This document shows, piece by piece, positions 38,452 through 51,964 of a DNA stretch of 64,000 bases; position 1 is the stretch's first letter; the number at the start of each line of letters is the position of its first letter. The translations under genes and the position numbers were made by a program. The notes under the pieces were generated by a model. That model searched no databases. It saw only the letters and a list, made by a program, of their open reading frames with translations, and was not told the DNA's origin. Location: the NCBI GenBank assembly GCA_951406725.2, contig OX597821.1:67456001-67520000 (forward strand), written 5' to 3'. The stretch comes from Octopus vulgaris (taxonomy: Eukaryota).

Positions 38452-39080
38452 AGGCGGCGAGCTGGCAGAAACGTTAGCACGCCGGGCAAAATGCGTAGCC
38501 GTATTTCGTCTGCCGTTACGTTCTGGGTTCAAATTCCTCCGAGGTCAACTTTGCCCCCCCCCCCCTTTCGGGTCGATAAATTAAGTACCAGTAACGCACT
38601 GGGGTCGATGTAATCGACTTAATCTGTTTGTCTGTCCTTATTTGTCCCCCCCTATGTTTAGCCCCTTGTGGGTAATAAAGAAACAGATATTTCGTCGTTT
38701 TTTCTGTTGACAGTTCATACGCTGTTGGGGTCGACTTTGTCTTTCATTATTCTGGGGGGCGATAAAATAAGTATCAGTTGAAAATGGGGTCGATGTAATC
38801 AATTTGCCCCTCCTTTAATATTGGTGGCCTTGTGCCAAAATTTGTAACCAACATTTCATAGTGAGAGAAGGCGGTGAGTTGGCAGAAACCTTAGCACGCA
38901 GGTGCAAAATACTTAGCGGCGTTTCGTCCATCTTTACGTTCTGAATTTAAATGTCACCAGTCACGACTTTGTGTTTCGTCCTTTCGGTGTCGATAAAATA
39001 AGTACCAGTTGACTACAGAGGACGATCTAATCAACTTAGACCACACCCGAACTTGCTGGCCTTGCGCCAAAATTTGAAGC
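38452..39080 (+). mobile_element. Cluster of Meta-domain SINEs (a two-unit copy at 38452-38850 and an older copy at 38868-39080)
   Basis: ggcggcgagctggcagaaacgttagcacg heads and repeated Meta cores. Confidence 0.85.
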
Positions 39081-39365
39081 AAGTACTTCGTGCAGAGAGT
39101 TTCTTGCATCGGCACCTAGGAAACTAGATTGTAAATTAATGCCCCAATACACGACCTGACTTGTACCCGTAAAGTGCAGAAACTCGTGAAGCAGAGTAAT
39201 AACTTCCCATAGTAGCAATATTATGAATCGTAATTTGTTGTCAGAAAAATATTTTACCAATAAAGTTTATGATACTCGTAAATAAATGGCAATAAAACAA
39301 CAGTCGACTATGAAGAATACTTTACGTAAAGTAAAATGGTTGTCAAGGTCTTTTATAATAAAAAA

Positions 39366-39401
<36 letters not shown>

Positions 39402-39572
39402 TATTATTATTATTATTATTATCGTTTTTTTGAATCACTTTTGTCCGCACTAGACTCGCGCATACCATGACTTTTAGACGCGATCGCCGATTCACAAGCA
39501 CTCGAAGACAGACTTGCAGATTTCTTTTTAAAAAAGAGATCGAGGGTTGTTTGCATAGAAGCTTTTTTTAGT

Positions 39573-39721
<149 letters not shown>

Positions 39722-39804
39722 GGATAGATGGGTCGATGGATCGATAGATAAATAGATAGATATGTTTATATATACTTATATATACACACATGTGTGTATT
39801 TATA

Positions 39805-39837
<33 letters not shown>

Positions 39838-39983
39838 CGTATATGCCACTCGATGAATCATCCATACTCGGTCGTTGCTGAAAAATATTCAATTATATAG
39901 TAAGTATAAAGAATGATCTCTATATGTGAATTAAATGTCTACCTTTAGCATATTAGGAATCCACCTAGACCTAGTGGTCATTA

Positions 39984-40034
<51 letters not shown>

Positions 40035-40040
<6 letters not shown>

Positions 40041-40523
40041 AAATGCAAAATGGGGCAAGAACGTAAAACATCCGGACAGCTAGGTGATACAAAAGGGGAC
40101 AACAGAACATCCAGATAGACGATACAAAAAGACAAGGACGGGTCACTCGAAGCCTTTTATCTTCAGTCAAGAACCGGATCATCCTCGCAATTTCGGCTGA
40201 ATGATCTTGAGATTACTCCAATCTGTCGAGTTTCGCTTTTTTCACTTTCCTGAGGAGAAGATTGCATTCTTTATACCATTTATTCTTTTGAATAGTATCA
40301 GTGGAATTTTCGAAACATGTGTCGAAAGTAAAAATATTTGATTACACCTGCGTTAAACTCCATTTATTTATTCATATATTATTCAAAATATTCATCGTAA
40401 ACACGAAGTTTCTACCTTTATAAACAAGGAGTTACAACATCTTTACTTGTGAGATTTTTGCTACCCTGGTATCTATTTATTTATTTTTTCCGTGTTAATT
40501 GTGAACAAGGTAAAAATACACTC

Positions 40524-40530
<7 letters not shown>
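40035..40530. mobile_element. Two probable PLE tails head-to-head inside a (TA)n tract
   Basis: Non-microsatellite island between TA runs; the + strand half carries a complete HHR. Confidence 0.55.
40244..40329 (+). ncRNA. Canonical type I hammerhead ribozyme; predicted cleavage after C40323 (GUC)
   Basis: Stem I ACTTTC/GAAAGT; core CTGAGGA; stem II GAAGATT(G)CA/TG(G)AATTTTC; GAAA; stem III ACA-TG-TGT; GTC triplet. Confidence 0.88.
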
Positions 40531-40566
<36 letters not shown>

Positions 40567-40605
40567 TTTATCAGTCGATACATATATAAATATGTATATC
40601 TATAT

Positions 40606-40673
<68 letters not shown>

Positions 40674-41165
40674 TGCGTGTGCGTTTAGCCTTATAGAGAA
40701 AGTGATAGAGGTGCATATATGCGGAAACGTGCGTATTCATTAAAAACTAATGTGTCGTATTTTTATAATTAAACGTGACTTGAAACTAGTTAAATTCGTA
40801 ACTCAAAAAATATAAACAATACATAGCACGAATATGACATTACAAAGCTGGCATATGCTGAAATTTATCATGTCACCTTGAACGAAATTGAATGTTTCGT
40901 TATATTACTGTTTCATAATTTAGTTTCCCAATACGAGTCAAACATATACAAGAAACAGTCTGATTATTCCATTGCGCTGTATTCGTAATCGACTGCTATA
41001 CTTATTCTTCTTCATATCCCTTTTCATGTGTACGTTCCTGTATATATATATCCATATACTTACCTATCTTTATCTATTAAAGCACATTCATAAACAAGCA
41101 TATATCTATATATTTAGAGCTATCTCTCTCTCCCCCTCTCTCTCTCTCTCTCGCTATATATATAA

Positions 41166-42152
41166 TCAGACTACTTCGCCCTCAAGAGTGGCCTCCGCTA
41201 CACATATCTCGCTTGTAGTCACATTTCGTTCCTCAGTCGCTGCTTACATCACTGCCTCATCCCTAAAGGTTTCTGCCTCTCCATTTCCACCCCATTCTCC
41301 ACTCTACTACGACCATCTTACCCATACTCCGTATTACATCCTACCACCTTATGCGTGCCACAATTCGCTCTAATCTCTCCAAAATACACAGCATCGACCG
41401 TATTCTTCCTCTTTCTTTCTATCTTCATCTCCTTTCAGTCGCCCTCCCATGCAAACACTACGTTACGTTAAATAATTCATTTAAACCAACTTTCATCAAT
41501 TTCTCGCTCACACCAAACAACGTAAACTCCACTCACTCCTCCTTTCCATCACACCCGATGCCACTACCCCAACTCCTCCACCACCCCTCTCCCTCCCTGA
41601 TAGGCTCCCCCACCCTGACTCCAATTCCCTCAGCACATACACCCATCCCCTCCCTCCCAGCCTTCAATCATCCCCACCACCCCTCCTACTTCTATCCCAT
41701 TCACCCCTCCTCCACTTCAGTCTGTTTTTACCATTCCTCCAGATCTTCTCTCTGAGACGGAACGCTCCCTCCTCAGAGGAATCTGCGCTTCATCCCCCTC
41801 ACTCCATCCAGTAACGAATTTCGGACTCGTGCCGATATCCGCAGCTTTGTGCACCGTGTTAGGTTGTGTACGCTTTTCCGCGACACACCACCTTCATCTA
41901 ATGATGAGGACTGCTTCACCGACCTGGGCCGCTGATCATCCCTGTGGACGCCAGCTCCTGGCCAGCTCCAAGCAGTCGATCATTTTGCGGGCGCCTGCCA
42001 ACGCGCTGTGGACCGATTTAACTTTTCCGGGCGTTCCCACCATCTGAACATCTCTCCAGCTTAACTCTTGGCACTTCGATGTCTCCGACGCCGCGCTGAC
42101 ATCGTCATGAAACCGTGGTGGTGTGGCGCGAGAACCTCTATAAGGCAGAATA
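41166..42152 (+). mobile_element. Penelope-like element 5' portion (RT N-terminal pseudogene)
   Basis: From ~41715: VFTIPPDLLSETERSLL..LRFIP..NEFRTRADIRSFVHRVRL..WTPAPGQL..LNIS..LRRRADIVMKP[ADKG deleted]VVWRENLYKAE. Confidence 0.85.
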
Positions 42153-42391
42153 GACTATATATTATTCACATAAAAAATTTCGAAAGGCAATGGAAAATAA
42201 AAGGGTAAATGCTTTCATTTTTCGTTCCCTTTGGAAATTAACCCAATAGTGGTTTGGAGTTTAACTACTCCCTCTAGCGGGTCAGATGTCCTGTTATGGC
42301 CATCTCTTATGTGTCTAAATGTACACTGTATATATATATATAAGAAAATTAAAATTTATCTAATATAGTGGCGTTTTCAAACTTGTTTTTT

Positions 42392-42449
<58 letters not shown>

Positions 42450-42581
42450 GTATAAATGTTGAATGTGGTTTCGACCCTTAATTGGAGGTTTCCAAAACAC
42501 ATTTCTAATGTTGATTCTTCATACTTTGCTGCGAGTTTACAGGCGTACTTTTGCGAAGATATGAAAGTAGTACTTGTACGT

Positions 42582-43233
42582 AATGTATGAATGAAGTTCA
42601 ATAAATCCCGCCAAATTCGTTAAAAATGGAGGAAACAAATTGTCAAAATTTATAAGAAGTTTATTTCTTGCAAACGATCGTTTCGTACAAAGATATAATA
42701 ATACAAATTCATGATCGAATTAAATTAAATAAATATCACCGTACTCTTCAGTGCAGGAAAGAAAGTAACCATAGTACAAGGAACTTAAAAAAGAATACAG
42801 TAGAAAATATTGGATCTAGGAGAGTCATATTGCGATCCGTGTGAGAAAGAGATGGGAATCATATCGGATATTGAACCATAACTAACGACTTAACGGTTAT
42901 TTGAAGATATAAATTAAGAGGTGTCAGAAACGTTGCCTCTGTAGATAAGTATGGAAATTAGAATTATTGCTCCATATATGCAGCGTGGGGAATGTATGCC
43001 CTACATCCAATATTTTTGCTCTATTCTTTTTTAAGTTCTTTGTATTATGATTTCTTTCCTTCCTGTACTGAAGAGTACGATGATATTTATTTAATTCAAT
43101 CATGAATTTATATTATGATATCTTTGTACGATACGATTGTAAGTAAGAATTCAACTTCTTACAAATTTTAACAACTTGTTTTCCCCATTTTTTACGAAAT
43201 TAATGGGATTTGTGGAACTTCATTCCATAGATT
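42582..43233. mobile_element. MITE with ~240-bp terminal inverted repeats
   Basis: 42582-42820 is the diverged reverse complement of 43000-43233 (e.g. cgtactcttcagtgcaggaa / ttcctgtactgaagagtacg). Confidence 0.85.
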
Positions 43234-44052
43234 TATCATATATTATATATATATATGTTGTGTGTGTATATAGTTATGGGTGCACACATATATTACCACA
43301 GAGGAAGATCGAACGCTTCTTTTTCTTTATCTATTCACTATATGATAGTGAGATATTTGACATTTGCATTGAATTCTATAAAAACCAAGGGGATTGCAAA
43401 TGATTGTGGTTCGTCATAGAAAAATATTGATTCTAGAAATTATCTTGTCGAAATGAAAGAAATATCTTCACATCCGATTTTATTTTATTCCCTCATTTAT
43501 GTCGTTCACACGATGAATAAAAATACAATCTCAGTTTAACCTCAGCTTTGTGAGAAAAGAATTAAATGGAAATTGTACGCAATTTTGTCGACCACATTGC
43601 GCCTCACCAAAGTTGTTGATTCGCCTTTAACAGAATCTTACGTTCCTGCAAGCATTCGGATCTGGTCCACGGTTTGAGAATAACTTGAGAGCCTGGTATG
43701 CTACTTACTTATACAATAACTTATGGTTCTTGGCTTCTTCGTACAGTTTACCCATACATTTCAGAAAGCTATGGAAACGGTTTTTAAATTCTGATAAAAT
43801 GAAATTATTTCACCTTCCCAAACGTAGTTGAACTCCAGACATATGAAAGTTACTTCTTAATTTAACTAAATATGTTTCCCACTGATATATATATATATAT
43901 ATATATGAATGGAGACTTTAGACATTCCTTCTATTGCTGTAGACATGTGGTTATTTTTCTTTGATAGTTCCAGAAGTGTGACGTGTTAAATATTTCTTAT
44001 AAATTAGATCAGAATATACATACATATTAGAGTTTCTTATGCATATATATAT

Positions 44053-44287
44053 AAACAATTGCAGCGAGGGAGGTGTTTATAAGCCATTTAAGAAACACAC
44101 AAAAACCGTCAGATTCTCTTCAACATTTAAATTTAATTTGCCAGGCAAATTAAATTTAAATGTTGAAGAGAATCTAACGGTTTTTGTATGTTTCTTAAAT
44201 GGCTTATAAACACCTTCCACGCCGCAATTGTTTTCGTTCCAGCACAGGATCACAGATCAGGTTACTTGCTATGCAAGTACATCTACG

Positions 44288-44290
<3 letters not shown>
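44053..44290. mobile_element. 181-bp near-perfect palindrome (44053-44233) plus a 57-bp unpaired tail; probable inverted PLE termini
   Basis: Centre at A44143 (..taatttgcc-a-ggcaaatta..), about 5 mismatched pairs in 90; TA repeats on both sides. Confidence 0.7.
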
Positions 44291-45140
<850 letters not shown>

Positions 45141-46339
45141 AGGTATAAGACATCAGTATACGAAATCGGCAATTTACTAATTTATTTCAATACTTATGAA
45201 CCGGCAAGTGTAACATAATAAAAGCTGATGGCATCTTACACGATGTTCTTAGTGTTGCTAAAACACGTTTTAATGTTTGTTTGTTATCGCAGTAAATCTT
45301 GGTGATTCCAGCTTAGTAGTATAGCCGCAGAACCAAAAGTACTAATTTAATTTGCAGCAGAAACACAGACTAATGAATTACGTAGGTATCATGGACGCTG
45401 CGACAAACATTTAAATAAAATATTTGCTCTGTCTCTCCAATGTAATTAAGACATAATTCTGAATTATTCCTCAATTAACCACAATTCTCACCCAAGATAT
45501 TGAATTATGTGTCCATTATACAGAGTAGAAGGAAAGGCGTAGAGGGGAGCAGGAGAGGGAGAAGAGAAGTGATGGAAAAAGAAAGAGCTGGCTATCAAAT
45601 GCATGAAACTTGAAAGCTAGAAAGTTATATTATTATTCTCTCTACTGTTCAAGTAATAAATGTGGTTTTTGTTATTTCTGTTATCCTATTACAGTTTAAA
45701 TCTACCTCTTCCATTGTCTCAGGCCAATTTGTTAGCAAACGTAGGTCAATAGAGTAATTTCATATACAGCCATATATGTCGATTCATACTACATATATGT
45801 CGATTCGTACTACATACACACTAGATACTCACGCTGTTGCATTCTCCTACATTGAGAGACAAACTTATACTGATACAAGTTTACAAATTGCATCCCAGCG
45901 AACATATCATCCAGATAAATTAATTCATATTCAAATCTAGATAAAAGCATTGATGAAACTAACGTATTAATATCTAGTTATTTACAAAGTAGTTATCTAC
46001 GGAGATATGAATCTGGAAGTTCTGTTCCAAATGATTTTGCTTTAAAAGTGTATTGTTATATGCCAGTCAGCGACATTTCTTTATTGTTTTCGTTCTCTCT
46101 TGTATTTGCACATAGTTCAACAAGCATCAAGTATTTTTTTTCTTTTTTTCTTTTATTTCAGCGTGTAAATAGTGTAAGCTTTATGCCCAGCCCGTTTCTA
46201 ATTCTGGAGAAGTGGACGTTGACTGTGGTTCCGCATCTCACTTCATACAGTGCAAACAGCTGATTCTGAGAATAGATAGATTCATGGAGACAGAGACAGA
46301 GAGAGACAGAGACAGACAGACAAACAGTCAGACAGAGAG

Positions 46340-46596
46340 TTACGGGGACGTAAACAGACAAACACCGATGTCAAGCGTTGGAAGGAGACAAAGTCACATA
46401 TACACACATATATATTTGAGAAATTGAATAGAAATTAATAGAACATTCAATTCTATTCCTTTTTTCAAGCACACACACACTCAACACTCACATACATACA
46501 TACATACATATATATATACATACATACATACATACATACATACATACATACATACATACATACATACATACATACATTCATACATACATACATACA

Positions 46597-46656
<60 letters not shown>

Positions 46657-46857
46657 AACACACACACACACACCACACACACATATGTATATATATATAT
46701 ATACCTTTACGACGGGCTTCTTCCTGTTCCCGTCTATCAGATCTATTCACCGGTTTTTGGTCGACCCGAAGTTATAGTAGAAAACACTTGCCTAAAATGC
46801 AACGCAGTGGGACTGAACCCGGAACCATGTGATTGAGAAGCAAACGTCCCACACAGC
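46340..46857 (-). mobile_element. Degraded SINE family A
   Basis: gttacggggacgtaaac..acgacgggcttc..cgcagtgggactgaacccggaaccatg. Confidence 0.8.
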
Positions 46858-47060
46858 TCACATGTTTCTGTTTTAACTTACCACCTGCCATCAGGGCTGT
46901 TTCAAACATTCATCTAAAGCCTCCGGTTTGAGGACATTATATCCTCTCTTCCAAAGGTCTTGGAGGTTCTGTAAAATGTCGTGAACGCCTTTTCCCCCTC
47001 TTGAAATATAGAAATATAGAAAGCATATTCTTGTCATAGAATTAGTAACAACAACAAAAT

Positions 47061-48015
47061 TACAGTTCTATATTTAAGAGATGAGGAATTATGTACATTG
47101 TTTACATTATTTACATTCGGCGGATATTTACAAAATAGTTATCTACGAAGATATGAATATGGAAGTTCTGTTCCAAACGATTTTGCTTCAAAAGAGTATT
47201 GTTAGATGCCAGTCAGCGACATTTCTTTATTGTTTTCGTTCTCTCTTATATTTGCATGTTGATCTAACTGTGAACGGCATATGGCGTAGTGGTTAAGAGC
47301 GCGGCTACTAGTCCCAAGATTCCAAGTTCGATTCCAAACAGCGAACTGAACAATAACAATAATGATGATAATAATAATAATAATGTACATTGTTTTGTCT
47401 TGGGCTACAACAAATGCTCTGCTCAATATCACAGACTTGCTTGTTAGTTGTTTAACCTTAACCAGTTGACCATATCTCTTAGTGGCTGACGATATGTCCA
47501 TCTCTGATCACGAGCAGAAGTAGTGGGGGTGCATCATAGCCATGTGTTGAGAGGGATTATTTGGGGTTTGAATTTTTCACCTCTGGAAACTGGGTGTTTC
47601 ATTCAACATCCTTAAACAACCCTTATTCAGGGACCTTTTGAGTGGGATGGGTTACTTGACCTGAAGAAAATTATAACTGGGCCCCCACCTGCAAGGTCAT
47701 GCGCTGCTTATCTTGATATGAGATCTCCATGTCGCGTACATATGGTTGTGATGAATATGCCTAGTGTACCCTTATCAGACGGGTAGACATGATGGGTATA
47801 CTGCGCTTTGTATATTTTACCTCAGTGTCACTTTGATGGCATGCACTGCTCTCTCACTCAATAATGATAATAACATCGAAAAATACCTTAGGAATGAGAA
47901 CCCATGCTCGAAATTTCCCCAAGACACCTGAAGAAGCCGAAACGTTGTGTTAACAACAAACAAAATAAGGACAAATATCCGTCGAATGCAAATAATGTAA
48001 ATAATGTAAATAATG
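47061..48015 (+). mobile_element. tRNA-headed, HHR-bearing PLE-like short element, copy A
   Basis: Inverted tail 47061-47129; head 47277-47349; (AAT)n; tail 47861-48015 with ACAC-CTGAAGA-AGCC-GAAA-CG-TT-GTGT; TSD AACAACAAAATTA at 47050-47062 and 48016-48028. Confidence 0.75.
47388..47860. mobile_element. Unclassified ~470-bp insertion in the (AAT)n linker of copy A
   Basis: Absent from copy B; AAT repeats on both sides. Confidence 0.6.
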
Positions 48016-48364
48016 AACAACAAAATTAACTAACTTAATGAAAAAGTGATGAAAATAAGGTTGAATGAATCGCATTGAGATGAAGTTACATTTTTTTCTA
48101 TTACTTTCTGTCGTCGTGTGTGAAGGGCTTAATACATTTGCAACTGTATCGGAGAGAGAACGAGAAGTGGGACAAGAGAGAAAGTGTTGATACAATTGTG
48201 AAAATGTGTGTGTGTGTGTGCGTGTGTTTGTCTGTGCATGTTAACACGTAAGTAAAAGTATCACATGTTACCCGTGACACATTATGATTAAAATGAAGGT
48301 CGAAACTTAATATATTTGTCATCCAATATAATAGTTGTATTATGTTAATGTAATTTACATAAGC

Positions 48365-48850
48365 CAGTGAGCTGGCAGAAACGTTAGCACGCCGGGCGAA
48401 ATGCGGAACCGTATTTCGTCTGCCGTTACGTTCTGAGTTCAAATTCCGCCGAGGTCGACTTTGCCTTTCTTCCTTTCGGGGTCAATAAATAAAGTATCAG
48501 TTACGCACTGGGGTCGATGTTATCGACTTAATCTGTGTGTCTGTCCTTGTTTGTCCCCTCTATATTTAGCCACTGGTGGATAACAAAGAAACACGTATTT
48601 CTTCTGCCGCTACGTTCTGAATCCAAATTCCGCCGAGGTCGACTTTGCCTTTCATCCTTTCGGGGTCGATTAAATAAGTACCAGTTACGCAGTGGGGGTT
48701 GATATAATCGACTTAATCCGTTTGTCTGTCCTTGTTTGCCCTCTCTGTGTTTAGCCCCTAGTGGGTAGTAAAGAAATACGTATCTCGTCTGTCTGAACAA
48801 TGTTCTGAGTTCAAATTCTGCCGAGGTCGACTTTGACTTTCATCCATTCA
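48365..48850 (+). mobile_element. Meta-domain SINE tandem array (~184-bp period; 2 full units and 1 partial)
   Basis: Units start near 48411, 48595 and 48780. Confidence 0.9.
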
Positions 48851-48889
48851 AAATATCGGACCCCTTGTGCCGAGTGAGAGTAAAAAAGA

Positions 48890-49030
48890 AAGGAATATAA
48901 TTTACATGATAAAGGGAAAAATAAGTTTATCTCTTCTGATGACGTGGGAAGTCTGACTGCATACACAGGTACCGGCTCCCTCCTTAGTGGAAGACTTATA
49001 AGGATTAAAAAATAGAAGAGACATGCATAC
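48890..49030 (+). mobile_element. 3' UTR remnant related to the LINE at 12265-15540
   Basis: accggctccctcct..aaatagaagagacat matches the reverse complement of 12268-12321. Confidence 0.65.
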
Positions 49031-49087
49031 GTAAGCACTCACATACACACCACAGACACACACATAAACAAAGATACGCACATATAT

Positions 49088-49139
<52 letters not shown>

Positions 49140-49210
49140 TATATCGCTATATTGCATTGGCATGAAACCCGACTCGAGGCCATCTCTGAGCTTCAGTTTC
49201 CATATAAAAT

Positions 49211-49272
<62 letters not shown>

Positions 49273-49644
49273 CTTCTTTCGTGTTTTCACAGAAATTTAT
49301 CTTTTTGAATCTTTCCACACTCTGTTATCTCTAAACTCCGCCTACTTTTTGACAAAGATACACTGCTGTGCTTGCAATGTCTGTCTCGTAGATTTTAAGT
49401 GCCTTACAATTTGGGGTAACGCAAATTATTTTATGGAAGAGCAAGCCATAGGGCTGGCGGGCGGTCGGGCGGGCGTGTAGCATGTTGTTCTTATGCTGTG
49501 CTATGGCGGTGCGGCGAATAGCTACACTTAGTGGTAAGCATGTGAAGAAATTGCTCAGAGACGTTGAGTGAAAATCAACAGCCATGATAGTGTTAAGGTA
49601 TTGCGTATGACTAGCATGAAAATGAGCTAATTAGGATGTAGTAC

Positions 49645-50075
49645 TTTTTTTTACTTTTTTACTTGTTTCAGCCATTTGACTGCGGCCATGCTGGAACACC
49701 ACCTTTAGTCGAGCAAATCGCCCTCAGGACTTATTCTTTGTAAGCCTAGTACTTATTGTATCGGTTCTTTTGTCGAACTGCTAAGTTACGGGGACGTAAA
49801 AACACCAGCATCGGTTGTCAAGCGATGCTAGAGGGACACAAACACACAAACATATACACACACATGTATATATATATATATATATATATAGATATATATA
49901 TATATATATATACGACGGGCTTCTTTCACTTTCCGTCTACCAAATCCACTCACAAGGCTTTGGTCGGCCCGAGGCTATAGTAGAAGACACTTGCCCAAGA
50001 TGCCACACAGTGGGACTGAACCCGGAACCATGTGGTGCGTAAGCAAGTTTCTTACCACACACCCACTCCCATGCC
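49645..50075 (-). mobile_element. SINE family A
   Basis: Full-length match to the family. Confidence 0.9.
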
Positions 50076-50109
50076 TATACTGATGATAATATTAATAAAT
50101 TAATATTTA

Positions 50110-50250
50110 TTTCTTTATTACCCAGAAGGGGTTAAACATAGTGGGGACAAACATGGACAGACAAACGGATTAAGTCGATTACATCGACCCCAGTGCATAA
50201 TACTTCCAAGAATTTCGTCAGGCGTGCTAACGTTTCTGCCGGCTCGCCGA
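50110..50250 (-). mobile_element. Internally deleted Meta-domain SINE
   Basis: Reverse complement of head (ggcgagccggcagaaacgttagcacgcc) and tail. Confidence 0.75.
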
Positions 50251-51099
50251 CCTACAAATGACTTAATATTGTTAACTAATCTAGCAAGGATGGGAGACAA
50301 TATCGAGAATGTTCCGTTTTTATTAGATTTCCTCAGTAAAGCATCACATTTGTAAACCTCGGATAGAAACAGCTTTTAAAGCAACATAAACAACACTAAA
50401 AGTAACGAAGGAAGCATAGTATAAGTGATATAGCTTATATAAAAGACCTGAGTATTAAAGTGAGTGTTAATGATCGAGGTCGGTGGTCGACTGCGTATAA
50501 CTAATATAAGTTGTAGTGTTTGTATAGATAAAAAAATGGTTTTCAAGTGTTACGGCGTGTAAAGAGATTATGATTTGGTCAACTCAAATAAAATATATTT
50601 TACCTTGTATACAGGATAATGTTCTGAAACGGAAATGCTCATTTAGATATTCAGCTAAGGAGGACGACAGGAACGAGATTATAATATATACAATTCCTTT
50701 AGAAGGATGTTGGCGAAGAATAATTCTATATGTACCAATTACAACGCAAAAACCTCTCTGCTCTTACTCTTAATTCGTTCAAGTTACAACGAGACTTCAG
50801 ATTTCAGAGGACGGACATTTTTTGTTTTGTATTTTCCTTTTTATTTGTTATTCCTTATTGTCATAAATTAAGGAAATATTGTAATACAGCAAAAAGCGAA
50901 AAACAAAGTCATTCACACACGTGCATGGATGCGCACACAAACATGATTGTATGTATATATGTTGGTAAGATTACATACTGTGCGAGTGTGAAATTCTATG
51001 TTCGCTTTGAGAGACTGAACGAGACAGGACTACAAATCTGAAAGATATTATGTAGAATTACAGAGAAGTAGGTTTAATATTCTTCTAACTGTTCGTATT

Positions 51100-51460
51100 T
51101 GTATTTGCTTTGCAAGATTCTTGATGTGAATTCGTGTGTTGAAAGAAATACCATTGAACCTTGCGAGGGGCATTAATGACGCTAATAATAAGCACGCACT
51201 GGTTCTGTCTTTATTGTTATTGTTCAGTATTGTTCGTGTTGTTATTTCTTTTTTTCTTTTTTTGTCAAATAATTATTTCAACACATTTTTGCAATCTCTT
51301 CAGTAACATGTCTCTCTACTTCCATTTTGAACCTATGACAAAAAAAAATAGAATAACACGAACAATACTAAACAATAACAATAAATGACAAAACCAGTGC
51401 GTATGTTTATTATTACCGGTATAATGCCCCTCCCAAGTTTCAATAGTATTCTTCTAACAA
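51100..51460. mobile_element. PLE-like terminus with ~110-bp inverted arms enclosing a hammerhead
   Basis: 51138-51247 vs 51346-51459 inverted; left end matches the reverse complement of 6551-6600. Confidence 0.65.
51263..51308 (-). ncRNA. Type I hammerhead motif with intact core
   Basis: TGTTA-CTGAAGA-GATTGCA-AAAA-TGTGTT-GAAA-TAATTA-TT-TGACA; stem II weak. Confidence 0.65.
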
Positions 51461-51964
51461 TTAATCGTCACTTTTCTAAACAACGGCTATTTGCTAATGT
51501 TTTCCTCGATCACATGCAGTCAAAAAGTCCTCAAAATATACTTGACTGTCAACAGAAATAGACACATAATAATGAAATTTTGAATATAATAAGAAAAATC
51601 AAAGCTGGTACAAAGCTATCAATTTTAATGTGAGTGCTAAGTCAATGACAACAACACCAGCATTCAACTGGTCCTTATTTTGCTAAACCCAAAGGGATGA
51701 AAGACAGAGTCGACCTCCAGGAATCTTTAACCCAGATTCTAAACAGCCCAACGAAATGCCGCCAAGTATTTTATCTGACTTACTAACGATTCTGCCAGCA
51801 AGATGGAGATAACTAGCACAAAAGCGCAGATATTTCTTACAAAATGCTTGTCAATTTTGTCGTCGTATTTCGATAGGCTCGCAGAATTTTAGAGCGTTGA
51901 ACAAATGCATTGTTTTATTCAGTTCCCGCTTTTATTTCGTTCTCAGTATTCTACGAAATACTGC

